From positions 115,508,001 through 115,572,000 of the forward strand of contig NC_087436.1 of the NCBI RefSeq assembly GCF_036321535.1: a stretch of 64,000 nucleotides of DNA. Reading direction: 5' to 3'. Position numbers and translations under genes: made by a program. Positions 1 to 12,924 of this stretch are shown piece after piece (the stretch's first letter is position 1; every line of letters starts with the position of its first letter). The notes under the pieces were generated by a model. It had not been told where the DNA came from and did no database searches. It was given only the letters and a program-made list of their open reading frames with translations. Source of the DNA: Camelus dromedarius. Its lineage: Eukaryota.

Positions 1-1163
1 ATCCATCCAGTCCTTTTGAAAGTCAAATGCGTGAAGTTCCTGCTTCCCTGCTCGAGGGATGAGCTGGACTGACTACCAGGAAGGGAAAACAAAATCCTCA
101 TTTACCTTCTTTCTTAAACCTGGAGCCAACCCTGGACACCCAGCTTCACATCGTCCTCTCAGAAAACCCCTCTGATATCCTGATCTCCCTCGAACCAAAG
201 GTGCTTTTTCTTCAGTTGAAACAAAAAGAGGAAGAATATAAAGAACCACTTAGGGGTAACTTTGTCCCTTGCCTGCCCATGGAAACTTACACCCCAGGCC
301 ATTTCTCTACCAAACTTCCTGCTTTGAGCTCTACTCTCTCCAGGAGAGGCGCTGAGGTCGGGTCTTTGGAAGAGCAACAAAGTTACGAAACCCACATCCT
401 GTGTCTTCTGAAGCAAGAGGTTGGCGGTGCTGCCTACACTTTCCAACCCTCAGTTTCTCTCCTGGGAAATGGGGGAAATAAACACTACTCTGGTCAGCTT
501 CCTGAGGACAGAGCTTTGTGCTGTTTATCGCCGGAGTGGTGCCAGGCAAGGGAAGAAAACCATTTAATAAAAGAAAGAAGGTAGGAGTGAGCGGGCAGGA
601 GAGGGGGAAGGTGAAACAGAGACAAGAAGTATTTCTGTAAATTGGCTGTCGCAGAAAGCCCTTTAATGAATGCTGCTTCCTAGTCTCTTTCTCTTTTCTT
701 CCCACCCCAGTGGGGCTGTGACCAGAGCTTGCTTCCAACTCACTTCTCCTAAATGCATGTATTTCATTGTTTTGTATTTTTGCATCACTCAAGCTTTGCC
801 CGTCTTTGGTCTCAGATGCCTAGCAGTAATGTTGATGGAATAAGGAGATGGGATCTGGACCAGCACTGGACATTTGAGTTTGCCACCCCTCTTTATATCT
901 CACAGGGGATTGTGACTCATCACACTGTGGTTATGACCCATCACATCCATCCTTATGCTGAGTTTCTCAATTATTAAAATAAACTAAAAAAAAAAATCTA
1001 TCTTAAATCCCTTGATTCCTCTCTCTCCTTTTTTCTTCCTTCCTTCCTACTTTCCTTCATCTTGTCTTCTATTTTTTTTTCCTTTCTCTAAAAGAAAATG
1101 CATTTTTGGACTTTCCTTCTTCACTGTCTAATTGTCTTGTGATTTTGTTTATGAAACACATTA

Positions 1164-2143
1164 TGTCATGGGTTGAATTTTGTACTCAAACAAAAATTTA
1201 TATGTCGAAGGGCCAGCCCTCAGGACCTCAGAATGCGGCCTTATTTGGAAACAGGGTGATTGCAAATGTAATTAGATAAGATGAGGTCATACTGGAACAG
1301 GGTGGGCCTTTTATCTAATGTGACTGGTATCCTTAGCAAAAGGGGAAATTTGTACACATGTGCGCGTGCACACACACACACATGCAGGAAACAAGAGAAT
1401 GCATCAAGCTAAAGAACCCCAAAGGTTGCTGCTAACAAACCAGCAGAAAATAGGACAGAGGCCTGGATCAGATCCTTCTCTGTCACCTTCAGAGACAGTA
1501 TAATAGAAAAGAACAAATCTGACTCCATATTATATCTGTTCCTTTGGCTCTAACCCTGTGTTCTGTTTCCTGGGCTTAATCATGCTGGTTCTGAACCTTT
1601 TGTAAAAGAATGTTGCCTAGAGCCTGAACTATACAGGAGAGCCCATTCTCAAGGCTCTGACTTCTAAGCGTATTAACACTTTTCCATTCATAGAAAGCTG
1701 CAGGTTAGAAAATCACATTTGTTTCATTGGAGGTTTACAGGGACACCACGACCTGACCTATGTGGACAGCTGCAAGAACAATGGATTCCAACACCAAGCA
1801 GTTTGCAACAACCGATCACGCCCCCTTCCCTTTTTAGCATAAAAGGAGCCTGAATTCTGACTTTGGAGAAGACGGTTCTCCAGGACATTAGTCCCCCATC
1901 TTCTTGATCTGCTGGCTTTCTGAGTAAAGTCGGTATTCCTTGTCCCAACATCTTGGCTCCCAATGTATTGGCCTGTCATGCAGTGAGCAGAACGAATCTG
2001 GACCTGGTAATAAGAGCACAGCCTTGCTGACACCTTGATCTCAGACTTCCAGCCTCCGCAGCTCTGAGACTACCAGTTTCTGTTGTTTAAGCCATGCAGT
2101 GTGTGGTTCTTTGTTACCGCAGCCCTAGGAAAATTATCATACA
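1164..2143 (+). mobile_element. MaLR solo LTR (MLT1B/MLT1C-like), split by a nested ERV1 LTR
   Basis: Starts TGTCATGGGTTGAAT. Has the MLT1 motifs 'ccttatttggaaacagggtgattgcaaatgtaattag', 'gacaccttgatctcagacttccagcctcc' and 'ttctgttgtttaagcc', and ends ...CATACA. Interrupted at 1499-2012. Confidence 0.85.
1499..2012 (+). mobile_element. ERV1-class solo LTR (~514 bp; subfamily not determined)
   Basis: Termini TATAATA...GGTAATA are decayed TG...CA. Contains a TATA-like 'cataaaagg' and a poly(A)-signal-like 'agtaaa'. Flanked by a 4-bp TSD acag/agag, and the MLT1 sequence resumes in register after it. Confidence 0.75.
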
Positions 2144-4295
2144 GATAAGCTTTTCTTTCTAGACTATTTTTTTCTAAACTGGTTTCCCCTTGTTTACTCA
2201 TTACCGTCTTCAAGCACTTCCCATTGTAAGAGCCAAACCGCTTCCCCTGCATCACATCGTAACTGCATGTTGCCCACTACAGTGAGGGCGACTGGACCCT
2301 GCGTGTCCCGGTCCCACCCTCTCCCTAGTGTCCTGTCACCTACTCCCCTTACCCCCTAAGCTTCAGAGGAGACACAGAGGCCTCTCAGATCTTCTAGTCT
2401 CTTTTCTCCTGATCCCACTGCAGACTTGGGTCTGAAAGCTATTCCCTGAGCTAGACTCGGATCCTAATCCGCAGTCATCCAATCGTCATGCAGGGCACAG
2501 CAGACTTCTTTTTCTAGGACTGTAGGATTTTTCTGGCTGGAAAGATAGTTATTTGTATATGTTAAGTTCTGTTTAAATCCCCTTAGGCCGAGTATCATAA
2601 GCTTCAGTAATAAATCAAGCAAACACATCAAAGAAATAAAACTTAGCTGAGCATCAGTCCCGAATCGCTGAAAAAGTGTCCTTTGGCATGCTGGCAGAAA
2701 GGACTGCTTTTGGCCTGATGATTTTTCCTTTGCATGAATTCCTGATTTTAAGGGCATTAGACAGAGGAGCAGGAGATGCCTCTTCACAATGTGCAAAACG
2801 GGAGGAAAATGAAAACACTTAAAACCCCCATTACACTTGAACTGCTCGCTGCCACTTAACTGCCGGCTTCAGGTTTTCATTACCTTCTTACTAGTAATTA
2901 GCTTACCTGAGCATAATCAAATAATAAAATGCCGCGGCAGATGAAGTCAGGCTCTAAGCATGCCCTAGAATTACCGTGAGAAGAAGAGAAACGAACAGGA
3001 TATTCAAGCCGGAGCCCCGTCCCTGGAGCCCCACACCCTACCTTTGGCCATCGGGCAATTCTTCTGCTTGGAGTGATGTTCCCGGAGCTCAGTCTCTGCA
3101 CTCTGATGAAAGTGTTTTCTCCACACAGCCTTGCTTATGGAACAGGTCTACAGAATCAAAACATTCGGTTGCATTCTAGGGACACTGGGAGAGGAAATTG
3201 CTTGGAATATGAAATGGGTGAGGGGCTTAAGAGATTCCCAAAAAGTAATTTCGTCTGGAATGAGACACGGGTAGGATCACAGCATTGAATACTGAATCTC
3301 TGCTTTGAGGTCTTACTCTAAAGTGTAGGGGCACTTTTGAATCAGAGCCTAAGAAGGTGATGGGATGGTCAGTGTTTCCCTTTTACTCCTGCCTTGAAAG
3401 TGAAAGAAAGACAGGAAGAAAAAAAAAAAAAAGGTTATCTTTGATTCTCTGAAATAGGTGCAGTTAGACTGCAGGGACTGTGATGTGGGTTTGATAAAGT
3501 GTGGGCTGAAACCAAGCCATTCAAGCATCTTAATTCCATGGCTAAATCCACTCTGTGCTCATTAAAATGGCATCATGATGCTGACTGAAGGATTAAGGAA
3601 CTTTCCTGAAAGAACTTCTCAAAGTCTAATTTTATGAAACCTAAAAATGGTGTGATGGAGTTTGGGAGCTATGGATCTCATCGGATGCTTGCACCAGGGT
3701 TGCTCAGGGAAAGGGAAACCATAGAAGGGATTAAGGAGGTTGCAGGGCTGTTGTCAGAGCCACAGGAGGGATGTTCTTTGCCCACCCAGCGCATCTCATG
3801 CGTTAATCCATCTATACCCGGGGGGTGTAGTGTAAGTCAGAGCTCTGACTCTTATTTGACAGTTTTGCTCGTTCTAGAGTACCACATAGTTGTGGACATA
3901 TTCCAGATAAACTGTTGATGAGTGTAGAAATCAGCAGAACTTGATCTGCCTAGTCCACTTCTGTCCATCTGTGCTGTCATCGACCAAGTCTCCATCTCGT
4001 CCAGCCCATATTGAAGAAACACACTCCTCACTGAGAGTCTTAACTGTAGCCTCACTCTCCTCCTACCCAATCTCCACGCTCCATGAGAGCTTTCTAAATT
4101 ATAAGTATGCTGTCTATCATGGTTTATGATCAACTTCATGACAAAGTCAAACAATGGACACCGTCTTCCAAGACCCTTGATGACCTGGACAGTCCGAGCT
4201 CCCCACTTCATCTTTCAGCTCTTCCCCTTCCCTCACTTTCCATCCTTTCCCTGCACGGTTCCACGCTCCCAAAGCACCTGGCTTTCCTTCAGCTT

Positions 4296-4908
4296 CAGTC
4301 AGTTCTGCTATTACATGATATATGCATTCTTAACAATCATGGCACTGTGCAAAATTATGCAATAAAACAATGTGGCTTATGGAGCCAGGGGCAGAGAAAA
4401 TTTGAACATTTCATTTGGGACACACAAAAAGGAGATAGAAACCAATACAAATGGGAACACAGTTTTACACCTGCCAAATGGTTAAGAAATGCATACGTGC
4501 TACAAAAGAAATGGAACTTGACCTTGACAGAGACCTGAAGTGTGTTTACGAGTGTGAGGACCAGAAGGGTGCAGATTGTGAACAACTGCAAAGGAGGGGT
4601 CGGGGGAGGAGAATTGCCTGGAATTGGAGGGAAAGCTGTCACACCGGATGTGGAAGGGTGCATGTGGTCCACGGCACTCCATTTGGACTGAGGTGGCTGT
4701 TGGTGTTTAAGATGTTGCATGTGTGCATTTTGTGTATTTCCACACAGCTCGGTGCAGTGAGATGTGGTTTTCTGTGTTCACCAGTGTTCCTCATGGACAA
4801 AAATCACAGATAAGAAAATCAAAATTCAGTCATGCTCAAACAGTTCCTTAATATATCGGTTGCAATGGAACAAATTCACTTTTTCAAAGCAAGTTCTGTG
4901 GCAGACTG
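4296..4908 (-). mobile_element. Tigger13a-like non-autonomous TcMar-Tigger DNA transposon
   Basis: Begins with the TIR 'cagtcagttctgcta'. Colinear on the minus strand with the recalled Tigger13a consensus ('gaacaaattcac...caaagcaagtt', 'tggttaagaaatgcata', 'gacctgaagt'). Confidence 0.8.
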
Positions 4909-5089
4909 TGTTTTGGTGTGCAGTGGTTTATCCTGCTCCCAGGCATGCACCCATTAGACTTCTCCATAGATCCTTTAAACCATCCTCCTCTCCACTTTCA
5001 TAGCTCCTACTAATCCTCTGTACCTTAGCTCAAGAGTAATTTATTCCAAGAAGCTTCTTTCAGAACTTCAACATATGCCAAGTAAACTT

Positions 5090-6265
5090 TTTAAAACTAA
5101 TCTCATCTTATTTTCACCAAAACCGTTCCTAAACCTAGACCCATTGACTCAAAATACTTTGTGAGAACATGTGTTTCCTTATCTCTCTACTCCTCCAGTA
5201 AATTCCCCTCCCCCAGGGTTTCTCCTCTCAATAAATGACAAATTCATTCTTCTAGTTGATCACAAACTTGGCATCATTCCTATCACCTCTCTTTCTTTTA
5301 TATTTCATACTCAATCTGGCAGGAAAGTGTGTTGGTTCTGCCTTCAAGAATAAATTCAAACTCCAACCACTTCTTGCCAACATCATTGTTGTCCTTGTTC
5401 AAGCCACCAGCACCCTTTGCCTGGGTGATATGTTTTAACTGTCTCCTTCCTGCCAATTTTGTCCCATGTAGTCTATTTTGAACACGGAAGCAGAGTGATC
5501 CTTTAAACAAAGAAATCATGTTATTTTTCCACCCAAAATGGCACCCACATTCTTAACAACTAGCTTACAAGGATGTAAATTATTTACAGCATTCCCTGTC
5601 CAACTGAAAGTCATCCCCTCTTAATCCCTTCTTTCCTCCACCCTCTGACCATACTGACTCCCTGATAAGCCTTGAGCCCACTGAGTGCATCATTTCAGAG
5701 CTTTAGCTCTGGACCTGTCCTTTATCTGGAACACTCTGGGCTCAGATATCAATATAATTTCATTTCTTATTCCTTAAGGTTCCTGCCCAAATATCGCTTT
5801 CGTGGTGAGGTTTTCTCTGACCGCCCTCATTAAAATAGACTGGGATTTCAAAATGCAGAATAGATGAACAAGATTATACTGCGTAGCACAGGGAAATGTA
5901 TACAAGATCTTATGGTAGCTCACAGAGAAAAAAAATGTGACAATGAATATATGTATGTTCATGTATAACTGAAAAATTGTGCTCTACACTAGAATTTGAC
6001 ACAACATTGTAAAATGACTATAACTCAATAAAAAAACGTTAAAAACCATAGCAAGAACACTGTCCCTTCACCCACAGCATGGTTTTCCCTATACCCCCAC
6101 TCTAATTCACTTTAACTACAACATTCTACATTTTTGTTCCCTTTTTTATTATTGTCTAACTTTTCCTACCAGACTATGAACATAGGATTTTTATTTACAG
6201 CCCACAGCAGGTAGAACATGATCTGGCATGAAACAGGCATTCAATGAATATTTATCGAATAAAAA
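5090..6265 (+). mobile_element. LINE-2 3' region, interrupted by a young L1 fragment
   Basis: L2 motifs 'aacttggcatcattcc', 'gttggttctgccttcaa' and 'cagagtgatcttt', plus the L2 3' terminus 'ggcattcaatgaatattt'. Confidence 0.75.
5838..6045 (+). mobile_element. Camelid-type L1, 5'-truncated 3' end
   Basis: 'gcacagggaaatgtatacaagatcttatggtagctcacag...gactataactcaataaaaaa' with an A tail. Closely matches the reverse complement of 47011-47190. Confidence 0.85.
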
Positions 6266-7867
6266 TTTCAGATTTGAAGTAAATGCATGAGTTACGAATT
6301 GCTTTTAAAAATTACTTACTACGGAGGAATCTTTTTTTTTTTTTCCCTAAAATTGGCCATGTTTTGAGAAAGCCAAACACTGTCAGCATGATTTGGTTTT
6401 ATTGGTAGTCATATCGAAAGAGGTTCCACTTGACTCATTCATTTTGGAAGTGGTTCAAGTATGAGTCTACTGTCTAAGGAATTCTAATTGGCTACTCTGA
6501 TGGATTAGATATGAGTTTGAAAAAACCACAGTGAAGACAACAACAGCACTATGAGTGGTAGAGTGTGCATCTCCTGAGTGCGTGCTCCATCTGAAGCTAG
6601 TACGGTAGGTAGCGCTTACTACTTGGAAACTTGGATATCTGGCTTTCTCTTGTTCTTCAAGCTGCAAAATCATTGTCTGTTGGTATTGATTACGTAGTTG
6701 TAAGGGGTAAGAGGGTGTTTAAGACTCAAGGGCATACCAGTTAATTTTGGCTGGCTAGCTGGGTTGTTTGACTAATACATGCACTTAGATATTCATTTGT
6801 TTTTCTTGTTTGCTTACAGTTTTTGAGGAAGCAGAACCTTGGATTTGGCCACACACTGAGCCCCTAGAGCATAAGACGTAAGTGCCAGCAGAGAGGCAGC
6901 GTGGGCTTGACGTGAAAACCGAGCTCTCATCTTGGTCCTACCTCTTAATACCTGTGCAACCTTGTCAAAGTCACTTTGGTTCATACTTCCCAGGATCTAC
7001 TCAGAGAGGCGCAGCCACACCAATTCGTGCACTAATTGGGCTTTTCTAAGAGAAACCGCTCGCCAGCCGTGAAATTCAGTCTCATCTGCAACGTTGTGTG
7101 TAAATTTAAGCCGGTTGGCTGGCCTCTCGTGTGATTTTTGTGATTGATGAGGTTTTCTATTTCTGTGACAGTGTTTCTCTGGGAGAAAGAACCAGCACTG
7201 GGGCCAGATTGTTAACAATATCATTATGATTTTATTATTGTCCTGGTTCTGGAGATCCATAACTCGGTTTTCTATTAGCACATTACTCAAGTCAGACAGT
7301 GGGAAAGCAATCACTTCTGCTGTGGGGCAGCACAAGCCACCTGGCTTTTGGAATTGCTTGTTCAGAGGCACTAGAAAATTAAGTGCAGTGACCAGCATGA
7401 AAGGTGGTTTTTCCTCCTTGTGCATCTGTAGACTGTGTGTGAAATTACAGTCTCCCTGGAAAGGGAGATGCATAAGACTCATTAACATTTGGAGGATAAA
7501 TACACACTCATCAAGAGGTAAATATGCCTATTACAGTAAGAAGCATGTATCAATTTCATTGGCAGTCTCACACAGGCAACGACTAACGTTGCTAGGCTGG
7601 AAAGATCTTAGTGGGACCTGAAATTGATAGGTTTTAATTTAGGGAAACATTAGAAGAAAAAAAAATGAAAAAAATAATTATCATGATTTTGAAGAGATGA
7701 AGAAGACATGGTGTGCAAATCTGAGCAAAATGCCGATGGCTCTTCTGTTCATGGAACTCCAAGGAAGAGATTCCAGGAAGAGACAGAATGCGAGAAAACT
7801 TACCTTCAACCTTGCTGGCTGTGCTGTTATCAATTTAAACCTAAATTTAGGATAATTTATACTTTCT

Positions 7868-8197
7868 TGTATTAGTTTACTAGCGCTGTCTGTTAAGTAC
7901 CGCAGACCGGGAGGCTTAACGCACAGAAATTGATTGTCTCACAGTCCTGGAGGCTAGAAGTCTGAGATCAAGGTGTCCACAGGATTGGTTCCTTCCGAGG
8001 TCTCTCTTCTTGGCTGGTTGCTGGTCACCTCCTCCCTGTGTCTTTACAAGTTCTTTTCTCTGCACTTCTGTGTCCTAATCTCTTCTTATAAGGGCAGAAG
8101 TCATTGGGTTAGAGCCCACCTTGGTGACCTCATTAACTTAATGACCTCTTTAGATACCCCATCTCCAAACACTGTCACATTCTAAGGTACTGGGAGC
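7868..8197 (-). mobile_element. MaLR LTR (MLT1A0/MLT1B-like)
   Basis: 'tgtattagtt...ctcacagtcctggaggctagaagtctgagatcaaggtg...atctccaaacactgtcacattctaaggtactggg'. Confidence 0.85.
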
Positions 8198-9059
8198 CTA
8201 GTAACAAACACGTGTTCATATTTTTTCTTTCTTTTTTTTTTTTTGCCAGAAGAAGGGGTCAAAATTCAACTCCACCCATTCATGCAAAATGTAAATGGTA
8301 GGTCTTAGCCTGTTTTCCAGAAGACAAAATGGAAGTTCTCAAAGGTCAGGAAGCTATCGTAGTGAAACAGATGAAAAAAGAGAGAGAGATTGCATCAGGA
8401 AAATCAGTATGCTCCTCTCCAAGGTGCCCTTTGCGTCAATGATCAAAATTTAGGAAGGACAGACCTAGAAATGTGAAGGAAAATAAGACTTAAATCCATA
8501 ATGCTGTTCTTCTAATTTCTAAGTATTCATATTAATAGTGAAATGCTGAGAAAGTACCAATGATACTAAAAACATTCATTTCCTTCCTCAAGAAATTACA
8601 TAAGCAACTGAACTTAGAAATAAGTGGACGTATATTTGAATAAAGAATTTGGATAATTTATGTATCAGTGAGTATCTTCCTTATGTACAATTTAATATGA
8701 AACATTAGGATATTTAAAGAGTGGTATAAGAATAAATATATCTTGTTTGGAATGTACACTTAAATAATTACATTTTCAGTTTTATAAGATTGAAGTCTGC
8801 TGAATGCAACTCCAATTTTTATGGAATCTTAAGACAGTATCTTATTTTCTTATGGGATCCAGCTACTGTAAATTGGAGGGAATTAAATTTTATATTTATT
8901 TACCTTGACATTCTACATAGAGTTTCTTCAAGGTAAGTATATCAATATTGCTTTGTCTAAATCACAATATAGCGTGATCAGAATTGTATCAGGAGTCTGT
9001 TTAGTAGCTTCATGACAAGTCATCATTTCTAAATCATTCATAGTGGCAGAAAGGAGAAA

Positions 9060-9270
9060 CAGGATGATGACTGAGCTAGAATTGAGAAATCCTGCATTGC
9101 AGTCCCTCCTCAGCTGTCATTGTGTCTAATGATAAAGGACAAGTTAACAAAACCTATCCAGAATTTAGTTTACTCATCTGTGAAAAGGAGAATATCAATC
9201 CTGACATGTGAGTTTCAAGTCAGATAACATGCATGTTAACTCCAAGAATGTGTAAATGTAAAAGTTCACT
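9060..9270 (+). mobile_element. MIR SINE fragment
   Basis: Degenerate MIR core 'ggacaagttaac...agtttactcatctgtgaaaaggaga'. Confidence 0.55.
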
Positions 9271-9299
9271 GTTGTTTTTATCATCCTTGAGGAGGAGAA

Positions 9300-9600
9300 T
9301 GGCCCACTGTGTTGTCTTCTAAGCACTTGATAAACCCTGGGAATTCAATGAGAAATAGGCACAGTCCAGTCCTCAGGCACCAGGAGGTTGACAACAGGGT
9401 GAAGGAGAAGGACAGGGAGATTTGTGATCACGAATTCCCAGTGATGCGTGTTACAATGTATACCCACGTGGTGTGCTCTCGGAACAAAAGGAAGGGACGC
9501 AAAACCCTGCCGGGGTGAGCAGTGAATGCAGAAAGAGGCAGCAAAAGTTTCCTCAAGGCGATACTAGAGCTGAATTGATGAATATGAGCAGGAGGTGGCC
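9300..9600 (-). mobile_element. LINE-2 fragment
   Basis: Antisense L2 3' motifs 'ctgggaattcaatgagaaataggcacagtcc' and 'gagctgaattgatgaatatgagcaggag'. Confidence 0.45.
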
Positions 9601-9822
9601 AAGCCCACAGAACACTTTTTTATACATGATCCATTCTATGAGCCACTACATTATAACCCATTCAACTCTACACACAGAAGCTAATGGGAGTTTCAGTTGT
9701 GCTTGGATCTAATTGGTGATTTTTAAGGATAAATAAAAACTTAACTTCCACATGGACTTTTATGGATCTTCTGGAAGTTTTAGTTTTTTGTAGGTTAGTA
9801 TTTATACTTCTGCTGTGGCATG

Positions 9823-10393
9823 TGTGGCAGGGTGTTCTTCCCAAAGATTGTCACAATACTTCCCATCTGGAATGCTCTTTCTGTGATGTGCCTTTGCCAT
9901 TCCTTTGATCCAAGGATGGGGTCTTTGCTCCTTCCATTAAATCAGGGTGAGCTTACCAGCATCAGTAGACAGAGGATGCCAGAAATGATGATGTGTAAGT
10001 GACTTCTGAGGCTGGACCATGAAAGGTGTTGCAGCTTTGCTTTGTGCATTGGAATAACTGTGTGTGGAGAGGAAGCAGACCACCCTTCCTGGAGGCATCA
10101 TGCTATTAGGAGCCCGGGCCATACTGAAGGGAAGTGTAGGTGCTCTGGGCGGCAGTGTTGGTCTTTGATCTTCTGGGGCCAAGCACCAGACATGTTAATG
10201 AACAAACCTTCAACCTCACATCACCCTCTCCAGCCATTTCAGTCTTCTGTGAGCCTCAACATCATTCCCTTTAGTGTCTACAAACCACCCTCCTGTGTGC
10301 TATCTGAATTTCTGACCCCCAGATCCACATAGTTAAATGGTTGCTTTAAGCTGCTAAGTTTTGGGTCAACGTATGAAGCAAAGAATTGAAATA
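9823..10393 (+). mobile_element. MLT1H/G-like 5' LTR of a MaLR provirus
   Basis: Starts 'tgtggcag...cccaaagat'. Contains 'gacttctgaggctgg', 'caagcaccagacatg' and 'ttgctttaagctgctaagttttggg'. Confidence 0.8.
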
Positions 10394-12924
10394 GGATTTG
10401 GTACTAAAAGTGAGATGTGCTGCCGTAATAGAAACCTGAAACCCATGGCTTTGACTCTGGATCAGAGAGTGAGCAGAATCTGGAAATGCCTTGAGAAGAA
10501 TGTTGGAGAAAGCTGGGATTCATTGGGGGAATTATTATAGGAGGCTGGAAACAAGGTAGTTCTTCTGTGTAGTAAAAAAGTTTGGTAACACCTTCTCCTG
10601 TGGTGATGTGGGAATAGAAACATTCCTTAATTATCCAGATGGTTTGATTAGATAACGTTCAGGAAGAATGTGGGAAGAGCCAGCTAATTTATTCAATCTG
10701 TTTGATCTGTGTTGGCTGACATTTAGATAAAGAGAAATAACAAGAAACTGCTCAATTTTCAAGCAAAATATATAGGAATTATAAAGAAACCAGAATTCGC
10801 TGGGTTCCAAAGAAATAAAAACACAAGGCAAAGCAAAACATCAAAACAAAAAATCAAGTGAAAAAGGGCCTCTGGGCAAAAATAAAATGAAGGCTGCTCT
10901 CAGGATAACAATGAAGCCAAAGGTGTCATTTTAAAAAATGATTTTAAGACTTCAGAAATACGTAAGGTGGGGTGCCCCTTAGATCCTTTCAGATCAGCAC
11001 AGGCCCCCTGAGGATCTGAATGGTGTACCTCACAGGCTGTCTCTTGCACCACAAGGCTTCTAAGTATCTTAAATCTTCCCCAGCAGCCTCAAAAGGAAAT
11101 GGAGGGAAAAAAGGGTCCATCCCAAGGAGGTATGTAGATGTGTTTTTTTCTTTTTTGAATAGAGTTACTTATAAATAGATACACATCGAAGCCCATTTTT
11201 TTTAAGAGTAAGGGATTGAAAGGGCCAATTCGTATAAAGAGAAACATCCATTTTTTTTTTAATATGCAGGAAGTAAGCTGAAGGGGCCACTTAGTTAAAA
11301 AAAATGAGTCACTTCTTAAATAATTGGAACTTTGATTCAGAAATCTGAACTGAAACCCCAGATAGCAGAGCTAAGAGTCAAGGATAACAATTAACAAGGA
11401 GTGACACTGACCCTGATCAAGAATTGGCAAGTTGTCTCCGGCCTGCGCCACCACTGGACTGTGTACGTGTGTGTGTGTTGCAGGGGGTGAGGGGGCAGAC
11501 AACACTCTTTAGTTTATAGAATTTTTTTTTCTGCATTTCAGCAACTTGATGGATATATTTTTTACAGTTTTGCTGAAGTATAATTGATACGCAAAATCTG
11601 TTCATATTTAATAAGGACAATTTGATGAATTTGGACATATGCATACACCCACAACACCATCAAGGTAATAAATATATCCATCACCTCCCAAAGCTCCCTT
11701 CTGTTCTTTTGATCTGTGTGTGTGTGTTAAGAACACTTAACGTGAGATCTACCCTTTTAATAAATGTTTACGTGTACTACAGCGTATCTTACTACAAGCT
11801 CTATTTTGGACAGATCTCTAAGCTTAGGGATCTCATACAATTGTGATTTTATACACATTGATTAGCAACCCCCCAATCCCCACTTTCCCCAGTCCCTAGA
11901 AGCCATCAAAACTTCTATAAGTCGGACTATTTTAGATATCTCACACCAGTGGAACTATGTGGTATTTATCCTCCTGTGAATGGCTTGCTTCACTTAGCAT
12001 GTTTTCAAATTCACAAATGCAAATGGTAGAACTTCCTTCTTTTTTAAAGGCTGAATTATATTCCATGATATATATAATATATCTATTATATATTATAATA
12101 TATCTAATATATATATATGTCTTTATTTATCTGTTGATGGTCTTTTGGATTCTTTCTATACGTTGGTTATTATAAAAAATGTTTCAATAAACCTGGGACT
12201 GCAGATAGTTCTTTTGGATCCTGATTTCAATTCTTTTGAATATATACTTAAAAGTGAGATTGCTAGATCATATGGTAGTTTTATTTTCAATTTTCAAAGG
12301 GATCTTCATATCGTTTCCCACAGTGGCTGCACTATTTTACATTCCCACCCACAGCATAGTGTTCATCCCACTTTCTCCTCAGTGGCACTTGTTATGTCTT
12401 GTTCTTTCGATAACAGACAGCCTAACAGGCATGAAGTGACATCTCATTGTGCTTTTGATTTGCATTTCCCTGATCATTAGTGATACTGAGCACGTTTTCA
12501 TATGCCTATTGGCCATTTGTATGTTTTCTTTGGAGAAATGCTATTGAAGTTCTCTGCCCATTTTAATTAAATTATTTGTATTTTTGCTATTAAGTTGTAG
12601 AAGTTTCTTATATATCTTGGATATAAACCCCTCATCAGAAATACAGTTTGTGAGTATTTTCTCCCATTCTGTGGGTCACCTTTTCATTTGGTTGATTGCT
12701 TCCTTTGCTGTTTAGCTTACAGTTTTTTCCATTAATAGACACCGTGTCCTAGATCTGTCACATGGAGGGGGCTTCCTCTTGATATGGATCTGACTTTGAT
12801 GATAGGATTCTAGACTTGGAGTTGATGCCATCATAATGGGACCAAATTTTAGCAGTCTTAGCACAGAGCATGAATGCATCTTGTATATTGGAGGGATGTA
12901 CATTTTTGTGATAAGAGGGCAGCC
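10394..12924 (+). mobile_element. MLT1 internal region (decayed; interrupted by L1 at ~11557-12735)
   Basis: Begins 'ggatttggtac' directly after the LTR. Ends with 'gacttggagttgatgcc' and the purine tract 'aagagggcagcc' abutting the 3' LTR. Confidence 0.7.
11557..12735 (-). mobile_element. L1 3' end (L1MA9/10-like), antisense
   Basis: 'gaagtataattgatac', 'gattgctagatcatatggtag', 'tgatttgcatttccctgatcattagtgat' and 'ggccatttgtatg...tttggagaaatg'. Confidence 0.9.

Noticed and set aside
159..977. Overlapping ORFs of 74-153 aa at the window start
   Set aside because: No recognisable domain or exon structure. They overlap on both strands, as expected of chance ORFs.
4107..4813. Cluster of 120-143 aa ORFs
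   Set aside because: They lie largely within the non-coding Tigger13a-like element.
6997..7621. 163-aa and 131-aa antiparallel ORFs
   Set aside because: No homology recognised and no coding-like composition. Treated as non-coding.
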